Assembly (NCBI GenBank): GCA_003056265.1
Contig: NBVN01000002.1
Location: forward strand, 83,700-147,699
Reading direction: 5' to 3'
Source of the DNA: Zestosphaera tikiterensis
Lineage (GTDB): Archaea > Thermoproteota > Thermoprotei_A > Sulfolobales > NBVN01
Length of the DNA stretch: 64,000 nt
The stretch's first letter is position 1. Every line of letters begins with the position of its first letter. The notes beneath the pieces are model-generated. The model was not told the origin of the DNA. It did not search any database and saw nothing but the letters and a program-made list of their open reading frames with translations. The position numbers and the translations under genes are program-made. Positions 29,287 to 38,763 of this stretch are shown here, piece after piece.

Positions 29287-29364
29287 TGGTGGGCCCGCGG
29301 GGACTCGAACCCCGGACCTCCGCCGTGTCAGGGCGGCGTCCTAACCAGGCTAGACGACGGGCCC
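29287..29364 (-). tRNA. tRNA-Val (anticodon GAC) with encoded CCA
   Basis: The reverse complement folds as a cloverleaf: acceptor GGGCCCG/CGGGCCC, anticodon arm CCGCC-CUGACAC-GGCGG, T arm CGGGG-UUCGAGU-CCCCG, discriminator A, then CCA. Confidence 0.93.
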
Positions 29365-29400
29365 TATACCAGAAAATCAACGAGTAAGACCTAATAAGTC

Positions 29401-30396
29401 TTACGTTTGTTGTGTTCTTTTAAGTTCTTCGTTTAGTAGTTCTATGAGTTTGCTTAGGTTTTCTTTAGGTATTCGAGCTCCTGCTGCGTTTTTATGTCCT
29501 CCTCCGCTACCTCCTATTGTTGGTGTTATTTTTCTAAGTGTGTTGTTTAGGTTTAGTTTTTTGTTTGTTGTTCTTAAGCTCATTACTATTAAGTCGTTCC
29601 TCACCTCTCCCGCGATCCCTACTTCCGTGTTTGCTGTTCTTAAAGTGTATATGGCTGCTATGGGTATGCTTCCAGGCGGGTTTAACACGTAGGCCACCCT
29701 CCCCTCAATTCTCACGTTTTGCTCTACCCAAGTCAGTAGTTTTTCGTTTTCCTGTGTTTGGTTTAAAGCTCTCTTAAGTAGTTCTTCATGTGTTGAAGGT
29801 CTTAAGTTCTTGCTTAGGTGGTTTACAACGTCTCTTTTTAGGTTGTATAGTTTTCTAGAGTTTTCAAGTCCTTGGGAGAGGATCCCCGCTTCGAAGTATA
29901 TCTGCCTCTTATCCCACCTACTTAAAGCCTCCTCAACCCACGGGGTTACGTCCGCGTAGTCTGCTATAGCCCCATAGAGAGCAACCCTATCGAAGTCTTT
30001 ACTTAGTTCTTTACGGTATTTCCTATACGTAAGTTCTGAGGTTGATGCTTCCTCAACGTAGTCTACGTAGGTTTCAGTAAAGCCTAAATCCTCCACGGAA
30101 GTGTTTAGGGGTGGTGGGTGGTGGTCTATATACGTTACTTCACCGCCGTAGTTTCTCAGGTAATTCCTTATGTTTTCAACGTGTGTTTCGTTGATGGCTA
30201 CGTCGACTATTATTAAATCGCCTGAGGCGAAGTTCGTTAAGTCTTCAAGCAGTCCCGCCGGGTGTGTGAAGAATACCTTAACTTCATCGTATCTGCTGCT
30301 TAAAGCGGCTTTAGCTATCGCTGCTGAGCAAACCCCGTCTGAGTCTCCATGAGCTAATATGGTTAGGGTCTTACCCACGGTTACCAACCGTCTCAA
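29401..30396 (-). CDS. DHH/DHHA1-family phosphoesterase (NrnA/RecJ-like)
   Basis: 331 aa with the AHGDSDG, DHHP and GGGH motifs. Confidence 0.8.
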   Translation of the reverse strand: MRRLVTVGKTLTILAHGDSDGVCSAAIAKAALSSRYDEVKVFFTHPAGLLEDLTNFASGDLIIVDVAINETHVENIRNYLRNYGGEVTYIDHHPPPLNTSVEDLGFTETYVDYVEEASTSELTYRKYRKELSKDFDRVALYGAIADYADVTPWVEEALSRWDKRQIYFEAGILSQGLENSRKLYNLKRDVVNHLSKNLRPSTHEELLKRALNQTQENEKLLTWVEQNVRIEGRVAYVLNPPGSIPIAAIYTLRTANTEVGIAGEVRNDLIVMSLRTTNKKLNLNNTLRKITPTIGGSGGGHKNAAGARIPKENLSKLIELLNEELKRTQQT

Positions 30397-30935
30397 CTCC
30401 CTAGCTCTACTTCCGTGAATTTACTTAACGTTTCTTCAGCGTTTTTTCTTTCTTGTTGGTTTACCTCAACTACGCCGACCCCTACGTTCGGCATTCCTAG
30501 GAAGACGCATGTTTTATTGGGTGCTTCCTTAATTAAAGGAAGCGCCAGTAGGTCTTCCTCCCCGTCGATTACGATTAAGACTTTCAGGTTTTCCTCTACG
30601 GCTTCCTTCAGCGCTTTATTTAACGTTTTAATCGCTTCTAACGTTATATGTCCTGCTGGGTTTTTAACTTGGTATGTTTTGTTGAATTTGCTTGGGTCTA
30701 TCTCTACGTTCACTTCCTTCCTCTGTGTTTTTCCGTCTATAACGCATATGTTCGGTGTTTTACCTGCTTTAATTAACGTGTAGCATATTACGTCGCCTAC
30801 GGCTATTACGTAATCGCATGTGGTTTTGTTTAATGCCTCCTCAACTGTTTTTATGGGGTTTTCCCCCGCGAATATTTTCTTAGGTCCTTCAGCTAGTTTA
30901 GGCCTTAACTCTTCAGGCATTTTAAGGGCTTTCAT
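30393..30935 (-). CDS. DUF359-family protein, probable GTP-dependent dephospho-CoA kinase
   Basis: 180 aa. The AVGDVICYTLIKAGKTPNICVIDGKTQRKE pattern matches the archaeal DUF359 family. The functional assignment comes from published work on the Thermococcus homologue. Confidence 0.6.
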   Translation of the reverse strand: MKALKMPEELRPKLAEGPKKIFAGENPIKTVEEALNKTTCDYVIAVGDVICYTLIKAGKTPNICVIDGKTQRKEVNVEIDPSKFNKTYQVKNPAGHITLEAIKTLNKALKEAVEENLKVLIVIDGEEDLLALPLIKEAPNKTCVFLGMPNVGVGVVEVNQQERKNAEETLSKFTEVELGS

Positions 30936-31202
30936 GATCTACGCCTTCACTTTTCATTATCTTATTCCTCTCGTTTTTATTTTTGTTGTTTAATTTTATG
31001 TTTGAGGGTTGGTTTGATGATTCGATTAAGAGACGAAGGCAAGGGTGAGATTCAACTGAATGGAGCTTCTACCTTCGCTTGAGGTGTTTAGTGGAGGGGT
31101 GGGGAGGGTTTGAGCTATGAAGCTAGGCTCTCGGAATTCGGGGTAGAGTAAAGAATAGAGGTGATGGAGACAAGTAATTGAAAATACGATGGAGTCGAAA
31201 CC

Positions 31203-31778
31203 CTACGTGATGTCTTCTTTGGTTGCTAGTATTGCCCCTTCTTTTAGGAGTTGTTTTAAAGCTTCTTCGGATGTTTGTTTGTTTACGCCTGCTATCGCGT
31301 CGGTTAGGACTATGGTTTCATACCCTAGTTTTAAAGCGTCTAGGGCTGTTGCTTTAACGCAGTAGTCCGTCGCTATACCGCATATGAAGACCCTCTTAAC
31401 TTTCTTTAGGGTTAGTACGTAGTGTAGGTTTGTGTTTTCGAACGCTGAATACGCTTCTTGATCTGGTTCGGTTGCTTTAGATATTATTATCGCTTCCTTA
31501 GGTAGTTTTAAGTTTGGGTGGAACTCAGCTCCTTTACTTCCTTTAACGCAGTGTGGTGGCCAGGGACCTCCCCGCGTCGTGAACGATATGTGGTTTTCAG
31601 GGTGCCAATCCCTACTCGCTACTATAGTTGCTTGAGCTTCCGTGAATAGCTTAACGTAGTCGTTTATCTTAGGTATTATTGACGTACAGCCTTCAACTGG
31701 TAGGGAACCACCCTCGCAGAAATCCACCTGCACATCAACTATTATAAGGGCTGAGTTCTTAACCACGCTTAACTTCAT
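31203..31778 (-). CDS. pncA: nicotinamidase/pyrazinamidase (isochorismatase family)
   Basis: 191 aa with IIVDVQVDF, DWHPENHISF (metal site) and CGIATDYCV (catalytic Cys). Confidence 0.8.
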   Translation of the reverse strand: MKLSVVKNSALIIVDVQVDFCEGGSLPVEGCTSIIPKINDYVKLFTEAQATIVASRDWHPENHISFTTRGGPWPPHCVKGSKGAEFHPNLKLPKEAIIISKATEPDQEAYSAFENTNLHYVLTLKKVKRVFICGIATDYCVKATALDALKLGYETIVLTDAIAGVNKQTSEEALKQLLKEGAILATKEDIT

Positions 31779-31898
31779 TCAACCCACCTGAAATACTTAA
31801 TTAATTAACGCTAATAACTTCATTTCAGACCATTATACAAAAACTCTATACTCAAAACAAGAAACCACCCACAACCTAACATAGCGGGAAGGGGAAGA

Positions 31899-31910
31899 GC
31901 TTATTAAGGG
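31899..31910 (+). promoter_or_regulatory. candidate TATA-like box of the rRNA operon
   Basis: GCTTATTAAGGG lies ~20-25 nt upstream of the point where the GC-rich leader begins (~31930). Assigned by position only. Confidence 0.3.
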
Positions 31911-32086
31911 TTCAAACAATAATTAGATTACGGCGATAACGCCGCGGTTAAGGCGGCGGCTGGGTAGGACACGGGGTAAAACCCCGAGAGTGAAACACCG
32001 CCCTCCAACCGCGGCGACAACTCACGCTAACAGGAAATGGAGGCCCGAATAACCTGGGGCGCTAACCCCAGAACATTCGGGCCTGA

Positions 32087-32129
32087 CAAGGGATCACCCC
32101 AAACCACGCAGTGGGTAGGTCCTCAACCC
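32087..32129 (+). other. 5' strand of the 16S processing stem (pairs with 34455-34498)
   Basis: CAAGGGATCACCCCAAAC pairs perfectly with the spacer GTTTGGGGTGATCCCTTG. After an internal bulged region, a second helix (GGGTAGGTCCTCAACCC / GGGTTTGAGGGCCTACC) flanks the 16S. Confidence 0.8.
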
Positions 32130-32223
32130 CGCGGCCTGCGGCCGCGACTCCGGTTGATCCTGCCGGACCCGACCGCTATCGGGGTGAGGCTAAGCCATGG
32201 GAGTCGAACGCCTCGAACACCGA

Positions 32224-32257
<34 letters not shown>

Positions 32258-32423
32258 CTACCCTCGGGACGGGGACAGTCCCGGGAAACTGGGGCTAATA
32301 CCCGATAGGTGAGGGCGCCTGGAAGGGTCCCTCACCGAAAGGGCTTCACGGGGATGTCCGTGAAGCCGCCCGAGGATGGGGCCACGGCCTATCAGGTAGT
32401 TGGCGGGGTAACGGCCCGCCAAG

Positions 32424-32462
<39 letters not shown>

Positions 32463-32469
32463 ATGGGCC

Positions 32470-32514
<45 letters not shown>

Positions 32515-32612
32515 CTCCGCAATGCGGGAAACCGTGACGGGGTCACCCCGAGTGCCCCGAAGAGGGGCTTTTCCCCGCTGTAAATAGGCGGGGGAATAAG
32601 CGGGGGGCAAGT

Positions 32613-32649
<37 letters not shown>

Positions 32650-32701
32650 ACCAGGCCTCACCCATTAACCTATTTAAACATGGGTTGAGGTCCGGCGCGG
32701 A
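32650..32701 (+). other. 16S mini-intron 1 (52 nt, ORF-less hairpin)
   Basis: It interrupts the conserved CCAGCCCCGCGAG | TGGTCGGGACGG. The insert folds as GGCCTCACCCAT...ATGGGTTGAGGTCC. Boundaries are good to a few nt. Confidence 0.75.
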
Positions 32702-32839
32702 TGGTCGGGACGGTTATTGGGCCTAAAGCGCCCGTAGCCGGCCCGGTAAGTCCTCCCTTAAAACTCGGGGCTCAACCCCGAGCCGGGGAGGATACTGCCG
32801 GGCTAGGGGGCGGGAGAGGCCGAGGGTACTCCCGGGGTA

Positions 32840-33511
32840 ATGGAGGAATCTTGGGCAGGACCGCTTTATAGGGGGAAGTTTCTATTTACAATATTTACAA
32901 TAGGGAGTTATGATGTGTGAAGCATACTTAGCTGGATTAATAGCTGCTGATGGACACATTAATCCTAAGGATTACTCGATAACAATATATACGGGTGATC
33001 TTGGGAGAGCACAGACTATAAAGAATATGCTGGAAAAGCTAACCTGCAATAAAGTTAGTATCAGAAACCATAATGGAGCATATGAAGTCACTGTAACAGA
33101 TAAGAAGCTTACATTAAAGTTTTCCACTAAATACATGATCCCTATTGGTAGGAAGTCTGAACAAATAATATTACCAACAACCAATATTAATAAGAGGGAA
33201 TTATTAGAATTCATAGCTGGATACTTTGATGGTGACGGCTCAATATACAGACGTATACATAGGGCAAGGGATGGTAGAATCAGAGTTTACTACGAGGTAA
33301 AAGTTAAGAGTAAGAGCTTATACTTCCTTAATCAATTGAGAAACCTACTTGCCTCATACAACATAGTTTCTCGTGTGAAAGTATATAAAAACATGATTCC
33401 GTACCTTGTTGTTTCACGTAAAGGCGATGTTATACGGTTCTTTAGAATTTTTAAACCAAGATTTAAAAACCTTTAAAACCCCTAAACCCTGCCTGGGATC
33501 CTCCACCCCAA
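32840..33511 (+). other. 16S intron 2 (672 nt) carrying a LAGLIDADG ORF
   Basis: It interrupts CTCCCGGGGTA | GGGGCGAAATCCGATAATCCCGGGAGGACC. The termini GGAGGAATCTTGGGCAGG and CCTGCCTGGGATCCTCC are complementary, and the interior is AT-rich. Confidence 0.85.
32910..33476 (+). CDS. double-motif LAGLIDADG homing endonuclease (intron-encoded)
   Basis: 188 aa with LAGLIAADG and IAGYFDGDG motifs ~100 residues apart. It lies wholly inside the 16S intron. Confidence 0.88.
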   Translation: MMCEAYLAGLIAADGHINPKDYSITIYTGDLGRAQTIKNMLEKLTCNKVSIRNHNGAYEVTVTDKKLTLKFSTKYMIPIGRKSEQIILPTTNINKRELLEFIAGYFDGDGSIYRRIHRARDGRIRVYYEVKVKSKSLYFLNQLRNLLASYNIVSRVKVYKNMIPYLVVSRKGDVIRFFRIFKPRFKNL

Positions 33512-33596
33512 GGGGCGAAATCCGATAATCCCGGGAGGACCACCAGTGGCGAAGGCGCTCGGCTGGAACGCCCCCGACGGTGAGGGGCGAAAGCCG

Positions 33597-33630
<34 letters not shown>

Positions 33631-33731
33631 CGGCTGTAAACGATGCGGGCTAGCTGTTGGACGGGCTTAGAGCCCGTCCAGTGGCGCAGGGAAGCCGTTA
33701 AGCCCGCCGCCTGGGGAGTACGGCCGCAAGG

Positions 33732-33775
<44 letters not shown>

Positions 33776-33890
33776 GCCTGCGGCTCAATTGGAGTCAACG
33801 CCAGGAATCTTACCGGGGGCGACAGCAGGATGATGGCCAGGCTAACGACCTTGCCGGACACGCTGAGAGGAGGTGCATGGCCGTCGCCAG

Positions 33891-33932
33891 ACACGCCTAT
33901 GGCAAGATCAAGGATGCCATGGCGTGGGCGAA
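33891..33932 (+). other. 16S mini-intron 3 (42 nt)
   Basis: It interrupts GGCCGTCGCCAG | CTCGTGTTGTGAAATGT. The hairpin is CACGCCATGGCA...TGCCATGGCGTG. Confidence 0.75.
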
Positions 33933-34077
33933 CTCGTGTTGTGAAATGTCTGGTTAAGTCCAGCAACGAGCGAGACCCCCACCCCTAGTTGCTACCCGGC
34001 TCTTTTGGGTCGGGGCACACTAGGGGGACTGCCGCCGTTAAAGGCGGAGGAAGGAGGGGGCCACGGCAGGTCAGCAT

Positions 34078-34109
34078 AAGGGTCTGGCTTTAAGGCCGAC
34101 CCTGCTGAA
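34078..34109 (+). other. 16S mini-intron 4 (32 nt)
   Basis: It interrupts GGCAGGTCAGCAT | GCCCCGAAACCCCCGGGCTGCACGCGGGCTACAATGG. The hairpin is AGGGTC...GACCCT. Confidence 0.7.
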
Positions 34110-34266
34110 GCCCCGAAACCCCCGGGCTGCACGCGGGCTACAATGGCGGGGACAGCGGGATCCGACCCCGAAAGGGGGAGGTAATCCCTCAAACCCCGCC
34201 GTAGTTGGGATCGAGGACTGTAACTCGTCCTCGTGAACGAGGAATCCCTAGTAACCGCGCGTCAAC

Positions 34267-34317
<51 letters not shown>

Positions 34318-34384
34318 TCCGAGTGAAGAGGGGGTGAGGCCCACTCTGCCGGGGTTTCCCGGTAGGGTGGGTCGAACCTCCTCT

Positions 34385-34449
<65 letters not shown>

Positions 34450-34548
34450 ACGACGGGTTTGAGGGCCTACCTACGTGAGAGTTTGGGGTGATCCCTTGAT
34501 GAGGCTCGGGTCTTAGACCCGAGTTGATGGCGTGATTATGTTGATGAA

Positions 34549-34591
34549 CGCCACGCACAGGTTCCAACGCAACTGTACTAACCAACACCCG
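34549..34591 (+). other. 5' strand of the 23S processing stem (pairs with 39099-39141)
   Basis: CGCCACGCACAGGTTC pairs with GAACCTGTGCGTGGCG, and GTACTAACCAACACCCG pairs with CGGGTGTTGGTTAGTAC. A ~10-nt internal mismatch separates the two helices. Confidence 0.8.
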
Positions 34592-34980
34592 AGGCGTCGG
34601 CGCGAAGCCGTCTGGTGGATGGCTCGGCTCGGGCGCCGATGAAGGGCGCGGCAAGCGGCGATATGCCCGGGGTAGGCGCAAGCAGCCGTCGAACCCGGGA
34701 TTCCCGAATGGGACTTCCTGCTGAGGGTTAACAGCCCTCAGCGCCCCCATTCGGGGGCGGGAACCCCCCGAACGGAAACATCTTAGTAGGGGGAGGAAAA
34801 GAAATCAAATTGAGATCCCCTGAGTAGGGGCGACCGAAAGGGGGACAGCCCAAACCAAATCCCCACGGGATAACCGTGGGGAGATGTGGGGTTATCGGCT
34901 CCACGGCTGGGGCTCGACCCCAGCGAGCCGACCCACCGTAGCCGAAGTGGGCTGGAATGCCCCACCGTAGAGGGTGACAG

Positions 34981-35019
34981 TCTGGGGGCAGGCGTTGATT
35001 GCTCTGCCCTCAGGTCAAC
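34981..35019 (+). other. 23S mini-insert 1 (39 nt), probable intron
   Basis: It interrupts GAGGGTGACAG | TCCCGTAGGC (compare bacterial GUGACAGCCCCGUA). The hairpin is GGGCAG...CTGCCC. Confidence 0.6.
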
Positions 35020-35872
35020 TCCCGTAGGCTAAACGGTGGGGGCTCGTGCCGTGGAGCAGAGTACCACGGCTTGGTTTTGCCGTGGGAAGTCGGGGGTCAC
35101 CGACCTCCAAGGCTAAATACGTCCCGAGACCGATAGCGCACTAAGTACCGTGAGGGAAAGCTGAAAAGTACCCCGGAAGGGGGGTGAAAAGAGCCTGAAA
35201 CCAGGCGGCTAATAACGGTGCGGCTCGAAAGGGGTGAATCCCCCCGAAGGAAAAACGGGTGACCGTTGAGTACGAGGGGGGAGGACCGGGGTCGCACCGT
35301 CCGTCTTGAAACACGGGCCGGGGAGTTCACGGCAGTGGCGAGCTTAAGGGGGTTAACCCCGAAGGCGTAGGGAAACCGACCTGCCCGCAGCGGGAAACCG
35401 TGAGGGGCGGGGTCTGCAAGGGCCTGGAGTCACTGCCGTGAGACCCGAAACCGGGCGATCTAGGCGGGGGTAGGGTGAAGCCGGGGGAAACCCCGGTGGA
35501 GGCCCGAAGGGGTGCTGACGTGCAATTCGCTCCTCTAACCTCCGCCTAGGGGCAAAAGACCAATCTAGCCCGGTGATAGCTGGTTCCCTCCGAAGTGTGT
35601 CTCAGCACAGCCCCGCTGGAGGTGGGTCACGGGGTAGAGCTACGGATTGAGGGTGCCGTGAGCCGGAAGGCTCCGGGCTCTCAGTCCAACTCCGAACCCG
35701 TGGCCACCGTAGAAGGCGGGAGTGGGGCGCCCCGGGGTAAGCCTGGGGGCCGAGAGGGGAACAACCCAGGCCGGGGTTAAGGCCCCAAAGTGCCGGCTAA
35801 GTGCCAAACGTAAAGGGCGTCCGCGGCCTAAGACAGCGGGAAGGTGGGCCTAACAGCAGCCATCCTCTAAAG

Positions 35873-35899
35873 GCAGGGCCTAAAACCCTGCCGGGGAGG
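35873..35899 (+). other. 23S mini-insert 2 (27 nt), probable intron
   Basis: It interrupts CCATCCTCTAAAG | GAGTGCGTAA. The hairpin is GCAGGG-CCTAAAA-CCCTGC. Confidence 0.55.
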
Positions 35900-35909
35900 G
35901 AGTGCGTAA

Positions 35910-36635
35910 GCCACTTATCTCTCCGCCAATTTTAAAATGAATCGTACTGCATAATAATGGGTCGAGTATGTAAAATGACTGAGAGGATATATTTAAAAGC
36001 ATATATTGCTGGTGCTTTAAGAGACGGTTACATTGGAAGGTATGTAGAAAGAAAGAATAGCAAGGAGCATTGGGTGCTGAGAATATATAGCAAGGATGTA
36101 GAATGGCTTAATGAATTGGTTAAAATACTCAAGTACGCATATGGATTTGAGACAAATGTGATAATCCCACATAGAGGTATACCGTATATAGAGAAATACT
36201 CAAAGAAAATAGTGGAGCATATCGCTAAAGAGTTAAACCACCCAATAGGTAAATCAATAAACTGGGACACGCCAATGTTCATTAAAAACACCAACGATAA
36301 GGGTATATGGAGGTATTACATAGCTGGATTCTTCGATGCAGAGGGTGGAGTGGATATAACTAAGAAGCAATTGAAGATATACCAATCATGGAGAGGTGAA
36401 GTATGTCCCCCATTAATGGATATAAAAGATAAGATGCTAACTCTTTTTGGAATAGAGAGTGGGGAAGTATCCAGGTACCCTAATAGAAGATACAACCCAA
36501 GATTCGTTGTAAGAATAAAGAAAAAATACACATATATGTTTTACAAAACTTTCCCATTATTAAACCCATCTAAAATAAACAAGATCAAGCTCATTATTTA
36601 AATCCTTTTAGGGCGGAGGGATGGTGGCCGCAAAA
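35910..36635 (+). other. 23S intron 3 (726 nt) carrying a LAGLIDADG ORF
   Basis: It interrupts GAGTGCGTAA | CAGCTCACCCGCCGAGG. The termini GCCACTTATCTCTCCGCC and GGCGGAGGGATGGTGGC are complementary. Confidence 0.85.
35957..36601 (+). CDS. double-motif LAGLIDADG homing endonuclease (intron-encoded)
   Basis: 214 aa with YIAGALRDG and IAGFFDAEG motifs. Confidence 0.85.
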   Translation: MGRVCKMTERIYLKAYIAGALRDGYIGRYVERKNSKEHWVLRIYSKDVEWLNELVKILKYAYGFETNVIIPHRGIPYIEKYSKKIVEHIAKELNHPIGKSINWDTPMFIKNTNDKGIWRYYIAGFFDAEGGVDITKKQLKIYQSWRGEVCPPLMDIKDKMLTLFGIESGEVSRYPNRRYNPRFVVRIKKKYTYMFYKTFPLLNPSKINKIKLII

Positions 36636-37462
36636 CAGCTCACCCGCCGAGGCCGCGGGCCCCGAAAATACGTCGGGGCTTAAGCCGGCCGCCGAGACCC
36701 CGGGGCACGGCCTCCATGAGGCCGTGATCCGGTAGGAGGGCGTCGGGATGGGGTAGAAGTCGGGCCGTGAGGTCCGATGGACCCGTCCCGAGTGCGGATC
36801 CCGGCGGTAGTAACAGCAAAGTGGGGTGAGAATCCCCACGGCCGGAAGGGCCAGGGTTCCTCAGCAACGGTCGTCAGCTGAGGGTTAGCCGGTCCTAAGG
36901 CAGGCCGTAACTCGGTCCTGCCGAAAGGGAAACGGGTTAATATTCCCGTGCCGCGGAGGTAGGTGCGGCAACGCAAGCCCGAACCCTGACGCGTCGAGGT
37001 AGGCCGACCGAGGCAGCCGCCTCGGCTAACTACCCGAAGGCCGGGGAGTGCCGTAACGGCGAGAACCGGCTGAAGGGAGGAATGGCCCCCGTTAGGGGGT
37101 TCGGCCGAGCCTCGGCGCCCTTGAAAAGGGGTTCGGGAACGAACCTCCGCGACCGTACCGAGAACCGACACAGGTGCCCCTGGGTGAGGAGCCCAAGGCT
37201 TGTGGGGGCTAACCCAGGCTAGGGAACTCGGCAAATTAGCCCCGTAACTTCGGGATAAGGGGTGCCTGCGGTTCTGCGGAAAACCCGTGGAACCGCGGGT
37301 CGCAGTGACAAGGGGGTCCTGACTGTTTAATAAAAACATAGCTCCCCGCTAGTCCGAAAGGATTAGTACGGGGGGTGAATCCTGGCCACTGGCGGTACGT
37401 GAAGCCGGGGTACAACCCGGTGAAGCGCCGCTGAAGGCCGGGGGTAACTCTGACCCTCTTAA

Positions 37463-38046
37463 CGGGGGTCTCCCACCCGCTAGCAACACGGTAGTTTATA
37501 CTTATTACATGGGTGGAAAAGATGCAACTGGGACTGGTGAGGTAATGAGGCCAGAAATAATAGGATATGTTGTGGGCTTCATTGATGCTGAAGGGAGTTT
37601 CTCAGTGAGCGTGAAGTTACAGAAAGACGTTGTATATGGAGTGAGGCTTGATCCCGTCTTCAGCATAACTCAGCAAGGGAGGGAGCCTCTTGAAGTTATC
37701 GCTGATGTACTTAATGCGGGAAGAATAATTCGAAAGCCTGGTCAAAGACACCTGTGGTTGCTTATAGTAGATAGAATGAGTGAGCTGACTCAGAGCTTAA
37801 TACCGTTCTTGGACAAATACAGGGATCTCCTTCTAGCTAAGAGAGAAATATATGAGCTGTTTAGGGAGATAGTCATTGGCTTGCATAGTGGAATGCATAA
37901 AAGACCTGCGGGTCTTAAGAAGCTTGTGACTTTATCTTACAGCCTCTCTAGATTGAACTCGAAGGCCCATAGAAAGAGGGCCCTTAAACAAATTTTAGAA
38001 ATAATCGATTCCCGTGTTGCCGAGTGGGGGGAGCCCCCGGGAGATA
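37463..38046 (+). other. 23S intron 4 (584 nt) carrying a single-motif LAGLIDADG ORF
   Basis: It interrupts GGTAACTCTGACCCTCTTAA | GGTAGCCAAATGCCTTGCCGGGTAAG. Confidence 0.85.
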
Positions 38047-38051
38047 GGTAG
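37509..38051 (+). CDS. single-motif LAGLIDADG homing endonuclease (intron-encoded)
   Basis: 180 aa with one VVGFIDAEG motif near the N-terminus. The stop codon TAG (38049-38051) lies in the downstream exon sequence GGTAGCC. Confidence 0.85.
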   Translation: MGGKDATGTGEVMRPEIIGYVVGFIDAEGSFSVSVKLQKDVVYGVRLDPVFSITQQGREPLEVIADVLNAGRIIRKPGQRHLWLLIVDRMSELTQSLIPFLDKYRDLLLAKREIYELFREIVIGLHSGMHKRPAGLKKLVTLSYSLSRLNSKAHRKRALKQILEIIDSRVAEWGEPPGDR

Positions 38052-38072
38052 CCAAATGCCTTGCCGGGTAAG

Positions 38073-38117
38073 GCAGGCACCACGTATTGCATAATATGTG
38101 GTGTCTGCCCTCGACAG
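38073..38117 (+). other. 23S mini-intron 5 (45 nt)
   Basis: It interrupts GCCTTGCCGGGTAAG | TTCCGGCGCGCATGAATGG. The hairpin is GCAGGCACCAC...GTGGTGTCTGC. The boundary is ambiguous by 1 nt. Confidence 0.75.
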
Positions 38118-38713
38118 TTCCGGCGCGCATGAATGGATCAACGAGGGCCCCACTGTCCCAGCCTGGGACCCCGTGAAGCCCACGGGGCTGGTGCACAGGC
38201 CAGCATCCCCCCGTAGGGAGAGAAGACCTCGTGGAGCTTTACCGCAGCCTGGCGTTGGTTCTCGGGTTGCGGTGCGTAGCGTAGGCGGGAGGCTGTGAAC
38301 CCACTCTTCCGGGGGTGGGTGAGCCGTAAGTGAAACACCGCCTACCGCGATCTGAGGGCCTAACCTCGGGTTCGCCCGAGGGACAGCGTCAGGTGGGCGG
38401 TTCGGCTGGGGCGGCACGCCTGCGAAAAGATAACACAGGCGCCCAAAGGTCAGCTCAGGCGGGTCAGAACTCCGCCGTAGAGTGCAAGGGCAAAAGCTGG
38501 CCTTACCAGACCCTTGAACGTAAGGGGTCTGGTCGGGAAACCGCGGCCTAGCGAACGCTCGTGCCCCCTTCGGTGGGGGCCGGGCATGACAGAAAAGTTA
38601 CCCCGAGGATAACAGGGTCGTCGCGGGCGAGAGTCCCCATCGACCCCGCGGTTTGCTACATCGATGTCGGCTCTTCCCATCCTGGGAGTGCAGCAGCTCC
38701 CAAGGGTGGGGCT

Positions 38714-38763
38714 AAGGGGGTAAGGCGCTTAAGAAGGTAAGCGTTCTTCCCCCTCCCTAAGCC
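38714..38763 (+). other. 23S mini-insert 6 (about 48-50 nt), probable intron
   Basis: It interrupts CCAAGGGTGGGGCT | CGCCCATTAAAGGGGAGCGTGAGCTGG, a hairpin loop in other 23S rRNAs. The insert is an imperfect hairpin, AGGGGGTAAGGCGCTTA...TAAGCGTTCTTCCCCCT. Boundaries are uncertain. Confidence 0.55.
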
